Assembly (NCBI GenBank): GCA_043818055.1
Contig: JBDRGF010000040.1
Location: forward strand, 1 to 29,526
Direction: 5' to 3'
DNA from: Pseudomonadota bacterium
Lineage (GTDB): Bacteria > UBA10199 > 2-02-FULL-44-16 > JBDRGF01
Length of the DNA: 29,526 nucleotides
The notes below the pieces were generated by a model. That model had not been told where the DNA came from, ran no database searches, and saw only the letters and a program-made list of their open reading frames with translations. The position numbers and the translations under genes were made by a program. Shown here one piece after another: positions 1 to 10,538 of the stretch. Numbering within the stretch: the first letter of the stretch is position 1; the number at the start of each line of letters is the position of its first letter.

Positions 1-2249
<2,249 letters not shown>

Positions 2250-2284
2250 GCCAATATATTGATCTGTTATTGTCATTTGATATT

Positions 2285-3214
2285 TTACCGCATCGGGCCA
2301 AAGAACCTTGAGTGGGTCTGGTTTAGATTTTGGATGAGAAGATGATCCGAACCCTTATTGAATTTTATATGCAGCATTTCAGATGCTGACAATCTTTCAT
2401 ATCCCTTATCATCTGAAATATCCGACCGCGTTCCCTTAAATTGAGAACCAAATACTCCCGATAAACCTCTTAAAATTCTTCGTGCAGCTTCAATAAAGGA
2501 AGCCGTTGGATTCTCCGCACTGATAAAGTTGATATTCGGCGGACTTACAACCGTATCCCTACTGCTAATAGAGCTTTCCAGATCATTTGCAGCATCTTCC
2601 GCAATAAGAATCCCTATGTTTTCTTCCAATTCTTTCCCTGGATTGACAAAGAGTCCAAAAACAAAATGTCTGGTAATAGGATTCTGATATAAATCTACAA
2701 CGAGTTCAAAGCTGCCGATCAATTGACCATCGACAGATTCAATTCCCTGAACTGCCAGCTTGATTGTGCCATCCTCAAGTAAATATGCATTTACGAAGGC
2801 AGATGAAGGAAGTTCGATCAGGCTGTTGATCATCTTATGAAACTCAATTCCTTCTAAAACTTCTTGTGGCAACCCAAGAGCGCCCTTATCCACACGCCTA
2901 AATTCGAATAGATGCTCAGGAACAGGAAATGGTAAATCTATAACAGACCCCTCTTTTTCCAGTAAAAAAATGCCGCGCAAATAGACACAATGATCGACGA
3001 CATTTTGCTTTGGGACAGAGAGAGCTGGATCAGGCATCAATATTCCTAACTTCCAACCATAGCTGGATTGAGTTGATGTAAGAATATTGCCGGTTTTTCT
3101 ATCCATAAACAGCAACGGGGTGTCAGTGGTACAGGAACCATCTGGATGTTGAATAATATTATTTATCGGCTGATTCGGCACGGGTTCAGGCATGGAGTCG
3201 TTGGCAATTAACAC
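2285..3214 (-). CDS. hypothetical protein, paralog of 3449..5089; probably the 3' part of a frameshifted gene beginning at 3420
   Basis: 309-aa ORF with a GTG start and no clear RBS; the frame is open back to 3244. It shares collinear blocks with the 546-aa upstream protein. Confidence 0.7.
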   Translation of the reverse strand: MLIANDSMPEPVPNQPINNIIQHPDGSCTTDTPLLFMDRKTGNILTSTQSSYGWKLGILMPDPALSVPKQNVVDHCVYLRGIFLLEKEGSVIDLPFPVPEHLFEFRRVDKGALGLPQEVLEGIEFHKMINSLIELPSSAFVNAYLLEDGTIKLAVQGIESVDGQLIGSFELVVDLYQNPITRHFVFGLFVNPGKELEENIGILIAEDAANDLESSISSRDTVVSPPNINFISAENPTASFIEAARRILRGLSGVFGSQFKGTRSDISDDKGYERLSASEMLHIKFNKGSDHLLIQNLNQTHSRFFGPMR

Positions 3215-3420
3215 AGAAAACTCAACACTGATCTCAAAGGGGCATTAGTTCCACCTCTTATTGACTCGAAAGTGGTATTTTCTCTATCCACTGGAGGAGT
3301 GTAGATTTGTTCACGAGTTGGCGTAGTACTATTCAGTTCGCCAACACCTTCACTTTCAGGTGATCTAATTCGATCTTTAGGCGCTGGATGTATCGGCCTT
3401 GTTTTAATCTCGTTTGCCAT
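3208..3420 (-). CDS. short Pro-rich ORF; probably the 5' part of a gene continuing in the -1 frame into 2285..3214
   Basis: ATG preceded by a GAGGG RBS, 28 nt after the stop of 3449..5089. The N-terminus MANEIKTRPIHP resembles MPNPIKPKAISP of the upstream paralog. Confidence 0.6.
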   Translation of the reverse strand: MANEIKTRPIHPAPKDRIRSPESEGVGELNSTTPTREQIYTPPVDRENTTFESIRGGTNAPLRSVLSFLC

Positions 3421-3448
3421 CGTTCCCTCGTTAATTACGCTCGATTAT

Positions 3449-5089
3449 CTAAAATTTCAGCCTTGTGATCGGCTGAAAAATGACCCTTTCAAAACCTGTT
3501 CCGACATTTCGTGTGAAGGTAGTGACATATTCGTTTGGATTCACATTCACCCCATTCCTTCTCTCATCCTCTGTTAAACAACGGCCTTTCTCATTTTTCT
3601 CAATTGCCTCTCCGGTGATGAGATTGTATTGTCTAACCCTGATTGCAGGATCAAGCAATCCGTCTTTGTGTTCGGGAACCAAAAGAATCGGTCCATCATA
3701 TCTGTTCACAAACTGACCCATATAGGAACGAGGAACATTAGAAAATCCGACCTTTCGATCAATGATTCTTTCATTCCTAAGTCTGTCTGTAAAAAGAGAT
3801 TGATGTTCCAACAACACACCTGCATGCCATACCCTATCGTCATCTGTATCTATCAGGACAGCTGCAATAGGCAAACGCCCTTTCCTCTCTCTTATTTCAG
3901 GCAACATCTCTTTTGGATTTAAAACCGTTTCGCTAAAAGCCGAAACATCTGCAAACCGTCCGAAGAGGCTCTCCCAGTCAGGCTCAACAAAAAACCTTGG
4001 TTCACTCCTCGTGATAGGAAGTGTGAGGATCAACTTGTTAAAGCTCTCACCAAGTCTTATACCTTTAAACCTGATAACATCTCCACTTTCACCTTCAAAG
4101 CCATCAAAAAATTTACCATCCTTACTCAAAGAGTAGCGTTTTTTATCCACCCGCATCTCCGGAGATGTACTATGATTAGAAGCTTCGAGTCGATCTATCG
4201 CATGTATCGTATCTGCATGAATATTGATTTTAAAAACTATTCTGTGGGCATCTGGATGGAAGCAGGGCTGAGATGTACAGTCGAAAAATCCGACAGATTT
4301 AACTCTCTCAATTCCCTCCCTTGGTGTAATTAACTCACCATCAGAGTCAATTGCTAAACAAAGAGTGACACCTGGATTAAGCGGATGAGAATCATCAATG
4401 ACGCTCCTTGCAACAAAAATCTCCGTGTCTACCGCGGCAAGCGTTAACTTTCCATTATATCCGTTTATGACCTCCCATCTACAAAGATCTACCGGAAGCG
4501 GAAATACCTGACCTATAAACCCCTCAGTAGCACTTTTTGAAAATGTAATTCCTTTGACGCCTACATAGTCACCTTCGTACTGCTGGGGATAGAAAATCTG
4601 ATGAGGTGCAAAAACATGAGGGAGAACAGCTCTTTGAGAATCAGAGGACATGTCCTCCAAAATCAATTCTGGTTCGAGAAGAGGATCGGTATCCACTTGA
4701 GTCGCTTGATTAAATTCAGGACCAACAAACGCAGGGACGTAGATAGGATGAAGATTTTCATCGATGAACCCCGGAGGCCTGGCATCTCCTGGAAGGGCAT
4801 CTAAAGGGACTAGTTTTATAGGCTCCGTCGGAATGGTCATTTCTGGAGACCTTGTTATTCTGGGCGGTTTTTGAAAATCCGGAGAAGGAGTCGGCCTCTT
4901 CTCCCTCAACAAACCTACGCGAAGTTTGTTCATGTTATGATTATACATCTTAGCTTGTCTCCTCGCCTCTTCAAGCTCCTCAGGAGTGCATTGTTCTTTT
5001 GCGCCCTCCTGTTGAGAGGGCTGTTTTACTTTGACGGGCTGTTTTACACCCACAGGTGAAATTGCTTTAGGTTTAATAGGATTAGGCAT
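3449..5089 (-). CDS. hypothetical protein (546 aa) with a Pro/Gln-rich, probably disordered N-terminus
   Basis: Long ORF with a GAGGGGG RBS upstream. No family motif, signal peptide or TM segment recognised. Confidence 0.8.
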   Translation of the reverse strand: MPNPIKPKAISPVGVKQPVKVKQPSQQEGAKEQCTPEELEEARRQAKMYNHNMNKLRVGLLREKRPTPSPDFQKPPRITRSPEMTIPTEPIKLVPLDALPGDARPPGFIDENLHPIYVPAFVGPEFNQATQVDTDPLLEPELILEDMSSDSQRAVLPHVFAPHQIFYPQQYEGDYVGVKGITFSKSATEGFIGQVFPLPVDLCRWEVINGYNGKLTLAAVDTEIFVARSVIDDSHPLNPGVTLCLAIDSDGELITPREGIERVKSVGFFDCTSQPCFHPDAHRIVFKINIHADTIHAIDRLEASNHSTSPEMRVDKKRYSLSKDGKFFDGFEGESGDVIRFKGIRLGESFNKLILTLPITRSEPRFFVEPDWESLFGRFADVSAFSETVLNPKEMLPEIRERKGRLPIAAVLIDTDDDRVWHAGVLLEHQSLFTDRLRNERIIDRKVGFSNVPRSYMGQFVNRYDGPILLVPEHKDGLLDPAIRVRQYNLITGEAIEKNEKGRCLTEDERRNGVNVNPNEYVTTFTRNVGTGFERVIFQPITRLKF

Positions 5090-5173
5090 AAAAAAGACCC
5101 CCTCTTTTGAGATTGGATAACCTTCAAATGAAAAAACAGATTAATGGAATTTTTATTAGAGAACGCAAATCGT

Positions 5174-5189
5174 GTGACCGCGAGGTCAC
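5174..5189. promoter_or_regulatory. palindrome GTGACC-GCGA-GGTCAC, possible regulator site upstream of the orphan pair
   Basis: Perfect 6-bp inverted repeat with a 4-nt spacer in an otherwise AT-rich intergenic region. Confidence 0.3.
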
Positions 5190-5248
5190 TCTATGAATTC
5201 AGACACCTTGTTTTTAAAGTTATAACAACAATGATGCAAGAAAAAAAA

Positions 5249-7102
5249 TCAGCCAAGAAGCCCCGCAACTAAAAGAGCCGCTATTATGACGCCCATGATA
5301 CCCTCTCCTGCGATGCCGCCAGCTGCAATCGAAGCTGAATACTTTTCGCTGAACGAGGTGTGACGCTTGTTTATGTACAATAAGACAAGAGAGCCTAAGA
5401 ACATCGAAAAACAGTAGTATGCCGGGACTATGAATGCGATGCCAACTGCAACACCTGAGGGCAAAAATCTTTTAATGGATGTCTTGTTGAGCAATGTGAG
5501 GATCGTTCCAAGAACCGCTCCAATTATAGCAGCATGAAGAGTCGAAGGAGGCAGCGAGGAGAGACCCTGCGCCAAGACCCTTGCCATCGTCGACCACGCA
5601 ATCGCTGCCGGCGCGGGCAATGTTTCAGTCCCCAGAGGGTAGGCCTTCGTAACTAACATGTAGATCGGCACAACCATAAAGACACCTACCAACACACCGA
5701 TAAGTTGAGCGACCAATTGTTTCTTTGGAGAAGCGCCCAAAAGATATCCCGCTTTCAGATCGTGCATCATGTCGCCGGACTGGGAGGCGCCCGCGGAGGT
5801 GACAGCAGCGGCCATCAGATTTGTCGTCATGTTGCCAGGGGCCAAAAGACCATAAACCAACTGCGTTATCTTTCCCATCCCTCCCACTGGATTGATGTCG
5901 GTCTCACCGGTAGCACGAACAGCTACCGAAGCCAAAACGCTCGATAACAAAATTGCGATTATCGACATCCAAACTGGGATATTGAAGATATAGTACGCCG
6001 CTATGACAGCCATAGACCCGGCCACGAGCATGCCCACTATCCACAATTTCAAACCGATCTGTTCGATATTTTTTCTGTGTTTTGAAACAGCTGCCTTTTC
6101 TATCGTGACAAATGTTCTCAAAACGGTTTTCCACTGCAAGAGCAAAGATACGATCCCTGTCGAGACCATCAGGGCAACGCCGGGCCATATCGACCAGCGG
6201 ATGATCGCACGATAAGACATTTCTTCAATGACTCCAAACTTAACCAAGAGGGGTGCGATTATCGCCCAGCAGATGGTCGCTCCAACCGCAAGAGAGGCGC
6301 CTACTCTTGGACCGATGAGAAGCCCTGCGCCAAACATCATCGGGCTCATGTTGATGCCCAGGGTCAAAGTCTTGCATGCAACGCCAGAGATAGAACATGG
6401 AAAATATAAATTATTTGGAATATTGAAGGGCATCCAGGCAGCCTTGGCATCCCGAAACCATGTGAAGATTCCTGAAAAAATTCCCATGTACAAAAGCGCC
6501 TTTGCTTTTAAGAGCGCCTCGTTTCCTGCGGCATGCATCGCCTTGATGCAGGCTGCCGTCGCAGTCCCTGTCGGAAAACGAAGCTTCTCGTTGACAACCA
6601 TCTGCTCCCGAAGCGGTATAGCAAAGAATACGCCGAGCAGCGAAACTCCCAGACACCATAAGGTCATCTGCCAATATGAAAGGGTTACGCCGAGCATCGC
6701 TAATGCTGGAATCGCGCTGACAAGCCCAGCTGATGAGCTCATGCAGCCTGCGGCTGAGCCTGTGGTCTGGCTTATATTGTTTTCAAGAATCGTAAATTTT
6801 GATTTAAAAAGTGGAGAGAGAGCTTTGGCAAGTGCAAAGGCCAAAACCGCGCTTATGATGGAGCCCCCTTCTGTCCAACCGGCCTTGAGCCCCATATATA
6901 TGTTGCTCATTCCCATTATGCCGCCGATCAGGCATCCAAAGAGGATCGCACGAAATGTCAACTGGGGTTCATTCACAGACCAGCTCAGGGTCTCTTTATC
7001 TGATGCATCGTGTTCGAGATCACTCTCTATATGAACCGGAATTTCTTCCTCTTCAACAATCTCTGGGTCGAGGCGCTCTTTTTCAAAATTTGTTGTAGTC
7101 AT
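5249..7102 (-). CDS. OPT family oligopeptide transporter (YSL-like)
   Basis: Polytopic hydrophobic protein with QLTFRA, YMGLKAGW, ILENNISQT, EKLRFPTGTATA, GETDINP, MHDLKAGYLLGASP, LPAPAA and GGIAGEG motifs. ATG 7102 has an AAGGAG RBS and is preferred over the TTG at 7180. Confidence 0.93.
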   Translation of the reverse strand: MTTTNFEKERLDPEIVEEEEIPVHIESDLEHDASDKETLSWSVNEPQLTFRAILFGCLIGGIMGMSNIYMGLKAGWTEGGSIISAVLAFALAKALSPLFKSKFTILENNISQTTGSAAGCMSSSAGLVSAIPALAMLGVTLSYWQMTLWCLGVSLLGVFFAIPLREQMVVNEKLRFPTGTATAACIKAMHAAGNEALLKAKALLYMGIFSGIFTWFRDAKAAWMPFNIPNNLYFPCSISGVACKTLTLGINMSPMMFGAGLLIGPRVGASLAVGATICWAIIAPLLVKFGVIEEMSYRAIIRWSIWPGVALMVSTGIVSLLLQWKTVLRTFVTIEKAAVSKHRKNIEQIGLKLWIVGMLVAGSMAVIAAYYIFNIPVWMSIIAILLSSVLASVAVRATGETDINPVGGMGKITQLVYGLLAPGNMTTNLMAAAVTSAGASQSGDMMHDLKAGYLLGASPKKQLVAQLIGVLVGVFMVVPIYMLVTKAYPLGTETLPAPAAIAWSTMARVLAQGLSSLPPSTLHAAIIGAVLGTILTLLNKTSIKRFLPSGVAVGIAFIVPAYYCFSMFLGSLVLLYINKRHTSFSEKYSASIAAGGIAGEGIMGVIIAALLVAGLLG

Positions 7103-7177
7103 ATATTCTCCTTTTGCCCCCCAAGAATCTAAAGATCGTGCAGAATATCGATTTTCATAGCTTTTTGCAACAAAAAC

Positions 7178-7232
7178 CAATTAACAATACCAAAAGGCAA
7201 TTAACAATACAAAATTTCCAATTCCCAATTAA
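7178..7232 (+). repeat. degenerate heptamer repeats (CAATTAA type)
   Basis: caattaa caatac caaaagg caattaa caatac ... caattcc caattaa. Confidence 0.6.
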
Positions 7233-7352
7233 CATCATTATGGCACTTCTAAAAACAACTTTATTTTGTCCTTTTTGTTCTTCGTGTCATCCCCTTGATC
7301 AGCGGGGATCCAGTATTGATAGGTATTAGCCAAATCTGGATCCCCGCTGATC

Positions 7353-7470
7353 GAGGCTGTTGCCGAACTGAAATGTAGGGGCAACCCCCCGTGGTTGCCC
7401 TCTTATAAGGGCAGGCACTTTCGGCCTGCCCCTACAAAAACATCAAAAAACGGACTTCGGCAACAGCCTC
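7353..7470. mobile_element. 118-bp MITE with perfect 15-bp TIRs and a 5-bp target duplication
   Basis: GAGGCTGTTGCCGAA (7353-7367) and TTCGGCAACAGCCTC (7456-7470), flanked on both sides by TGATC (7348-7352, 7471-7475). Confidence 0.8.
7374..7436. repeat. GTAG-family REP doublet (REPIN-like)
   Basis: TGTAGGGGCAACCCCCCGTGGTTGCCCT ... AGGGCAGGCACTTTCGGCCTGCCCCTACA: two GTAG-footed hairpins in inverted orientation. Confidence 0.8.
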
Positions 7471-7524
7471 TGATCAAGGGGATGACAAGCAGGAATCATA
7501 GGTTTTTAGAGGTACCCATATAGT

Positions 7525-10500
7525 TTATTTCATCACCTTATCCCGGAGCGCTTGATAGGAATCAATTACATCATATTTAATATCCGCATGCCCTAACGCC
7601 TCAAAATGCTTTCGGGCATAGCTAATCTTTTTCTGCTCAATTTCCTTTAACTGAAGACTCTCCATACTGCCTTTTGTTTCCGCGATAAAATAAACATACT
7701 TATATTTGTCCGCGTCAAAGACTATCGCCCAATCCGGAGAATAGTTGCCAAGCGGTGTTGGTATTTGAAAACCATTCTGCCCTCTTGGTAATTTTGCATA
7801 AACCAGAACATCTTCAGCTTCCAAAGCCTTGGCGAAATTCCTTTCCACCTTAGAATCCGTCTTCACATAATCATGAACATGTTTTTTTACCTCAAGAATA
7901 TTCTCAGCAAGTGAGCCTTTAAAATTATTGATGGTAAAAACACTGTCGTCATAAGACTGATCTGTCTTTGAATAAATGATATTGTTGATGAGCGTGGCCG
8001 CTTTCTCGCTATTAATCAAATTCACCACACCTTGGATAAAACTTTCCGGATTGACTTTGAAATTATGAAAAGTATCAACGCGCAAATTCTGCAATATCTT
8101 AACGACTGTTCGTCTTGTTAAATTCGTCTCTTTCGCGATCTCAGCAACCAAATCATATTTCAATGAACCAAGTAATGATTCAGCCTTCTCCGTTATATTT
8201 TGTTGCTTCTTCATGCTCTCGCCTGACTTAAGGCTTGATTCATCCATCTTGTCTTCTTGCTCACCGGAAGTGATATGAACCACGATCTTTTTAACGGTCA
8301 GCTTCTCATCAATCGCTTCAACGCTCTTCCTGATCAATTCGTCGCTGTCAAAATCAACCTCATACACCGTCTTAACTTTGATCTTCTTCCAAAGATCCTG
8401 AAACTCTTTCTTCGCAAAATTTTCATTCGGTTTTAAAACAGCTTCATTAATACTGTTGGCGTTCTCATTCTCAGAGGCTTTAAAGTTTGCCGTTGTATAA
8501 ATATTCTGCATCAACTGTGCAACTTGTGTTTCAAAGCCCTTCAGTTTTTCAGGCACTGTATATTTTTTATCCGCAATATCCTGAATGAAAACATCTGTGA
8601 TCTGATAATTCTCATTCACATACCCCTTCATCTTCAGGTCAAATATCAAATCCATGGATGCCTGATTATCAAAAACAAATTTGTCGCCTTTTTCATTAGT
8701 TAAAACCAGATCTTTTAAAACCTCCACCGTCAATTTCACCGGTCTTTCCGAAAGTGACTCTACGATCTCATTCTGCAATTCTCGCGCAAAAGAATCATAA
8801 GACTCACTAGCAACAACCGTCAATTTATTCACATCAAAGAACTCGCCTTCAAGCATCGAAACATCCATACGCTCGCCTTGCCCATTCACACAAATCCTCA
8901 AACCCCTGCCGATCTCCTGACGCTTGCTGATCGTTGACTGGCTATGTTTAAGCGTGCATATCTGAAAGATATTCGGGTTATCCCATCCTTCCCTGAGTGC
9001 CGAGTGAGAAAAAATAAACCGCGTCGGTTCCTTCAGATCCAAAAGCTTTTCTTTATTCTTCATGATCAGATCATACGCACTCTCATCATCACTCCCACCT
9101 TCTCCGCGCTTTTCTTTAGAATCAACAAGATTTCCTTTCTTATCTATCGAAAAATATCCTTTGTGAATATCTCCTACCTGATGTTTGCCAAGATAGGCGT
9201 TATAATCTTCTTCAAACAAATTAAGATGACTTATTGCCTGAGCGTATTCTTCTTCAAACAGCTTAGCATAATCACCTTTTTGATCGGCTTGATCATAATC
9301 CCTGTATTTAACGACCTCATCAATAAAGAACAACGACAACACCTTAATCCCTTTGGAAAACATGATCCGTTCTTTTTCAATATGTGATTTGATCGTTTCC
9401 CGTATCTGAATGCGCCGAACATGCTCTTCGTCCACATGCCCTATTGTTTGCCCGACAGACAACTCAACCCCATTGGTAAATACAACCTTATTCGTTAATC
9501 CGTTGATTTCCTTAACAACGAAACCTTCTTTATATTGACTGCTTTCATTAGACAAAACAAAAAGGTCATCTTTTTCTTTGATCTGCCGGATCTTCTTCTG
9601 AATACCATTATTCTGCTTTACTTCCAGCTCCAGATACGCAACCGGATATTTATTTTTACTCACCTGAATACGATCGAGAAATAAATAACTGTTAGTTCCG
9701 CTATTGCCCACGACCTCGATCCCTTTAACGCTGATCTTTTTAACCAGCTTCTGGTTATAGGCATCAATAGCATCAAGCCGATAAATCTTGTTGAAATCCT
9801 TTTTATGAGTCGCGGAATACCGCAAAGTAAACAACTGATCAAACTCTCTTTGAGTAAATATCTTCTCTGCCTTTTCTCCGAAACGCTGAGGCTCATCAAT
9901 GATCAAAATGGGTCTGGCACGTTTGATGATATCAATAGGCCGCTCGCTTTGAAGTGTATCCAATTTCTGGTAAATCTTTCTGGATTCTTTGCTCGTTGTC
10001 GCAAAAGCCTGATAATTCATAATAATCACTTCGATATTCGACGTATCAGCAAAGCTCTTGATATTAATGAGATTCGATTTATTCTGTGTGTTATAGATCG
10101 AGAAACGGATCTTCTTGCCGTATATTTCCTGAAAATGCTCCGCGGTTATTTCGAGCGATTTATGCACACCTTCGCGAATAGCAACAGATGGCACCATGAT
10201 AATAAACTTGTTCCAGCCGTAATGCTTATTGAGTTCATACATGGTTTTGGTATAAACATAAGTTTTGCCGGTTCCTGTCTCCATCTCAATGGTAAAATTC
10301 AATCCATCCAGCCGGTCAATAACTTTTAAACCCTGCTCTTTCTGCAAAGCCTGAACATTTTTTAAAATATCGCTGTCTGTAATTTCAATTTTCTTGTTAG
10401 AAAAGATCTCATGCGCCACAAAACCAGTGCGCCCTGCCACTTCCTTGCGTAAACCCTTGCTCTGCCCAAGAAAACACTGCACAACCGCGGATGCGGCGTC

Positions 10501-10536
10501 CGTCTGATATTGTTGATGTTTAAATTGAAGTTTCAT
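7525..10536 (-). CDS. res: type III restriction-modification system endonuclease (Res subunit)
   Basis: EMETGTGKTYVY (Walker A), IIDEPQ, YSATH, ALREGWDNPNIFQICTL, RQEIGRGLR, and a C-terminal PD-(D/E)XK nuclease YSPDWAIV...AETKG. Directly follows mod. Confidence 0.95.
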   Translation of the reverse strand: MKLQFKHQQYQTDAASAVVQCFLGQSKGLRKEVAGRTGFVAHEIFSNKKIEITDSDILKNVQALQKEQGLKVIDRLDGLNFTIEMETGTGKTYVYTKTMYELNKHYGWNKFIIMVPSVAIREGVHKSLEITAEHFQEIYGKKIRFSIYNTQNKSNLINIKSFADTSNIEVIIMNYQAFATTSKESRKIYQKLDTLQSERPIDIIKRARPILIIDEPQRFGEKAEKIFTQREFDQLFTLRYSATHKKDFNKIYRLDAIDAYNQKLVKKISVKGIEVVGNSGTNSYLFLDRIQVSKNKYPVAYLELEVKQNNGIQKKIRQIKEKDDLFVLSNESSQYKEGFVVKEINGLTNKVVFTNGVELSVGQTIGHVDEEHVRRIQIRETIKSHIEKERIMFSKGIKVLSLFFIDEVVKYRDYDQADQKGDYAKLFEEEYAQAISHLNLFEEDYNAYLGKHQVGDIHKGYFSIDKKGNLVDSKEKRGEGGSDDESAYDLIMKNKEKLLDLKEPTRFIFSHSALREGWDNPNIFQICTLKHSQSTISKRQEIGRGLRICVNGQGERMDVSMLEGEFFDVNKLTVVASESYDSFARELQNEIVESLSERPVKLTVEVLKDLVLTNEKGDKFVFDNQASMDLIFDLKMKGYVNENYQITDVFIQDIADKKYTVPEKLKGFETQVAQLMQNIYTTANFKASENENANSINEAVLKPNENFAKKEFQDLWKKIKVKTVYEVDFDSDELIRKSVEAIDEKLTVKKIVVHITSGEQEDKMDESSLKSGESMKKQQNITEKAESLLGSLKYDLVAEIAKETNLTRRTVVKILQNLRVDTFHNFKVNPESFIQGVVNLINSEKAATLINNIIYSKTDQSYDDSVFTINNFKGSLAENILEVKKHVHDYVKTDSKVERNFAKALEAEDVLVYAKLPRGQNGFQIPTPLGNYSPDWAIVFDADKYKYVYFIAETKGSMESLQLKEIEQKKISYARKHFEALGHADIKYDVIDSYQALRDKVMK

Positions 10537-10538
10537 TC

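Larger units (their letters stand above)
7285..7487. repeat. REP doublet (TGTCATCCCC...GGGGATGACA) with an interrupted right arm
   Basis: Left arm TGTCATCCCCTTGATCAGCGGGGATCCAG (7285-7313). Its exact reverse complement is split into 7336-7352 and 7471-7487. Confidence 0.8.
7242..7516. mobile_element. MITE-like element (outer layer) with imperfect 15-bp terminal inverted repeats
   Basis: GGCACTTCTAAAAAC (7242-7256) versus GTTTTTAGAGGTACC (7502-7516; reverse complement GGTACCTCTAAAAAC), 13/15 identical. No transposase inside. Confidence 0.6.

Noticed and set aside
6228..7034. 268-aa plus-strand ORF
   Set aside because: Antisense to the OPT transporter, with no RBS or recognisable motif; expected shadow ORF.
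8944..10329. 147-aa and 174-aa plus-strand ORFs
   Set aside because: Antisense to well-supported res; no independent coding evidence.
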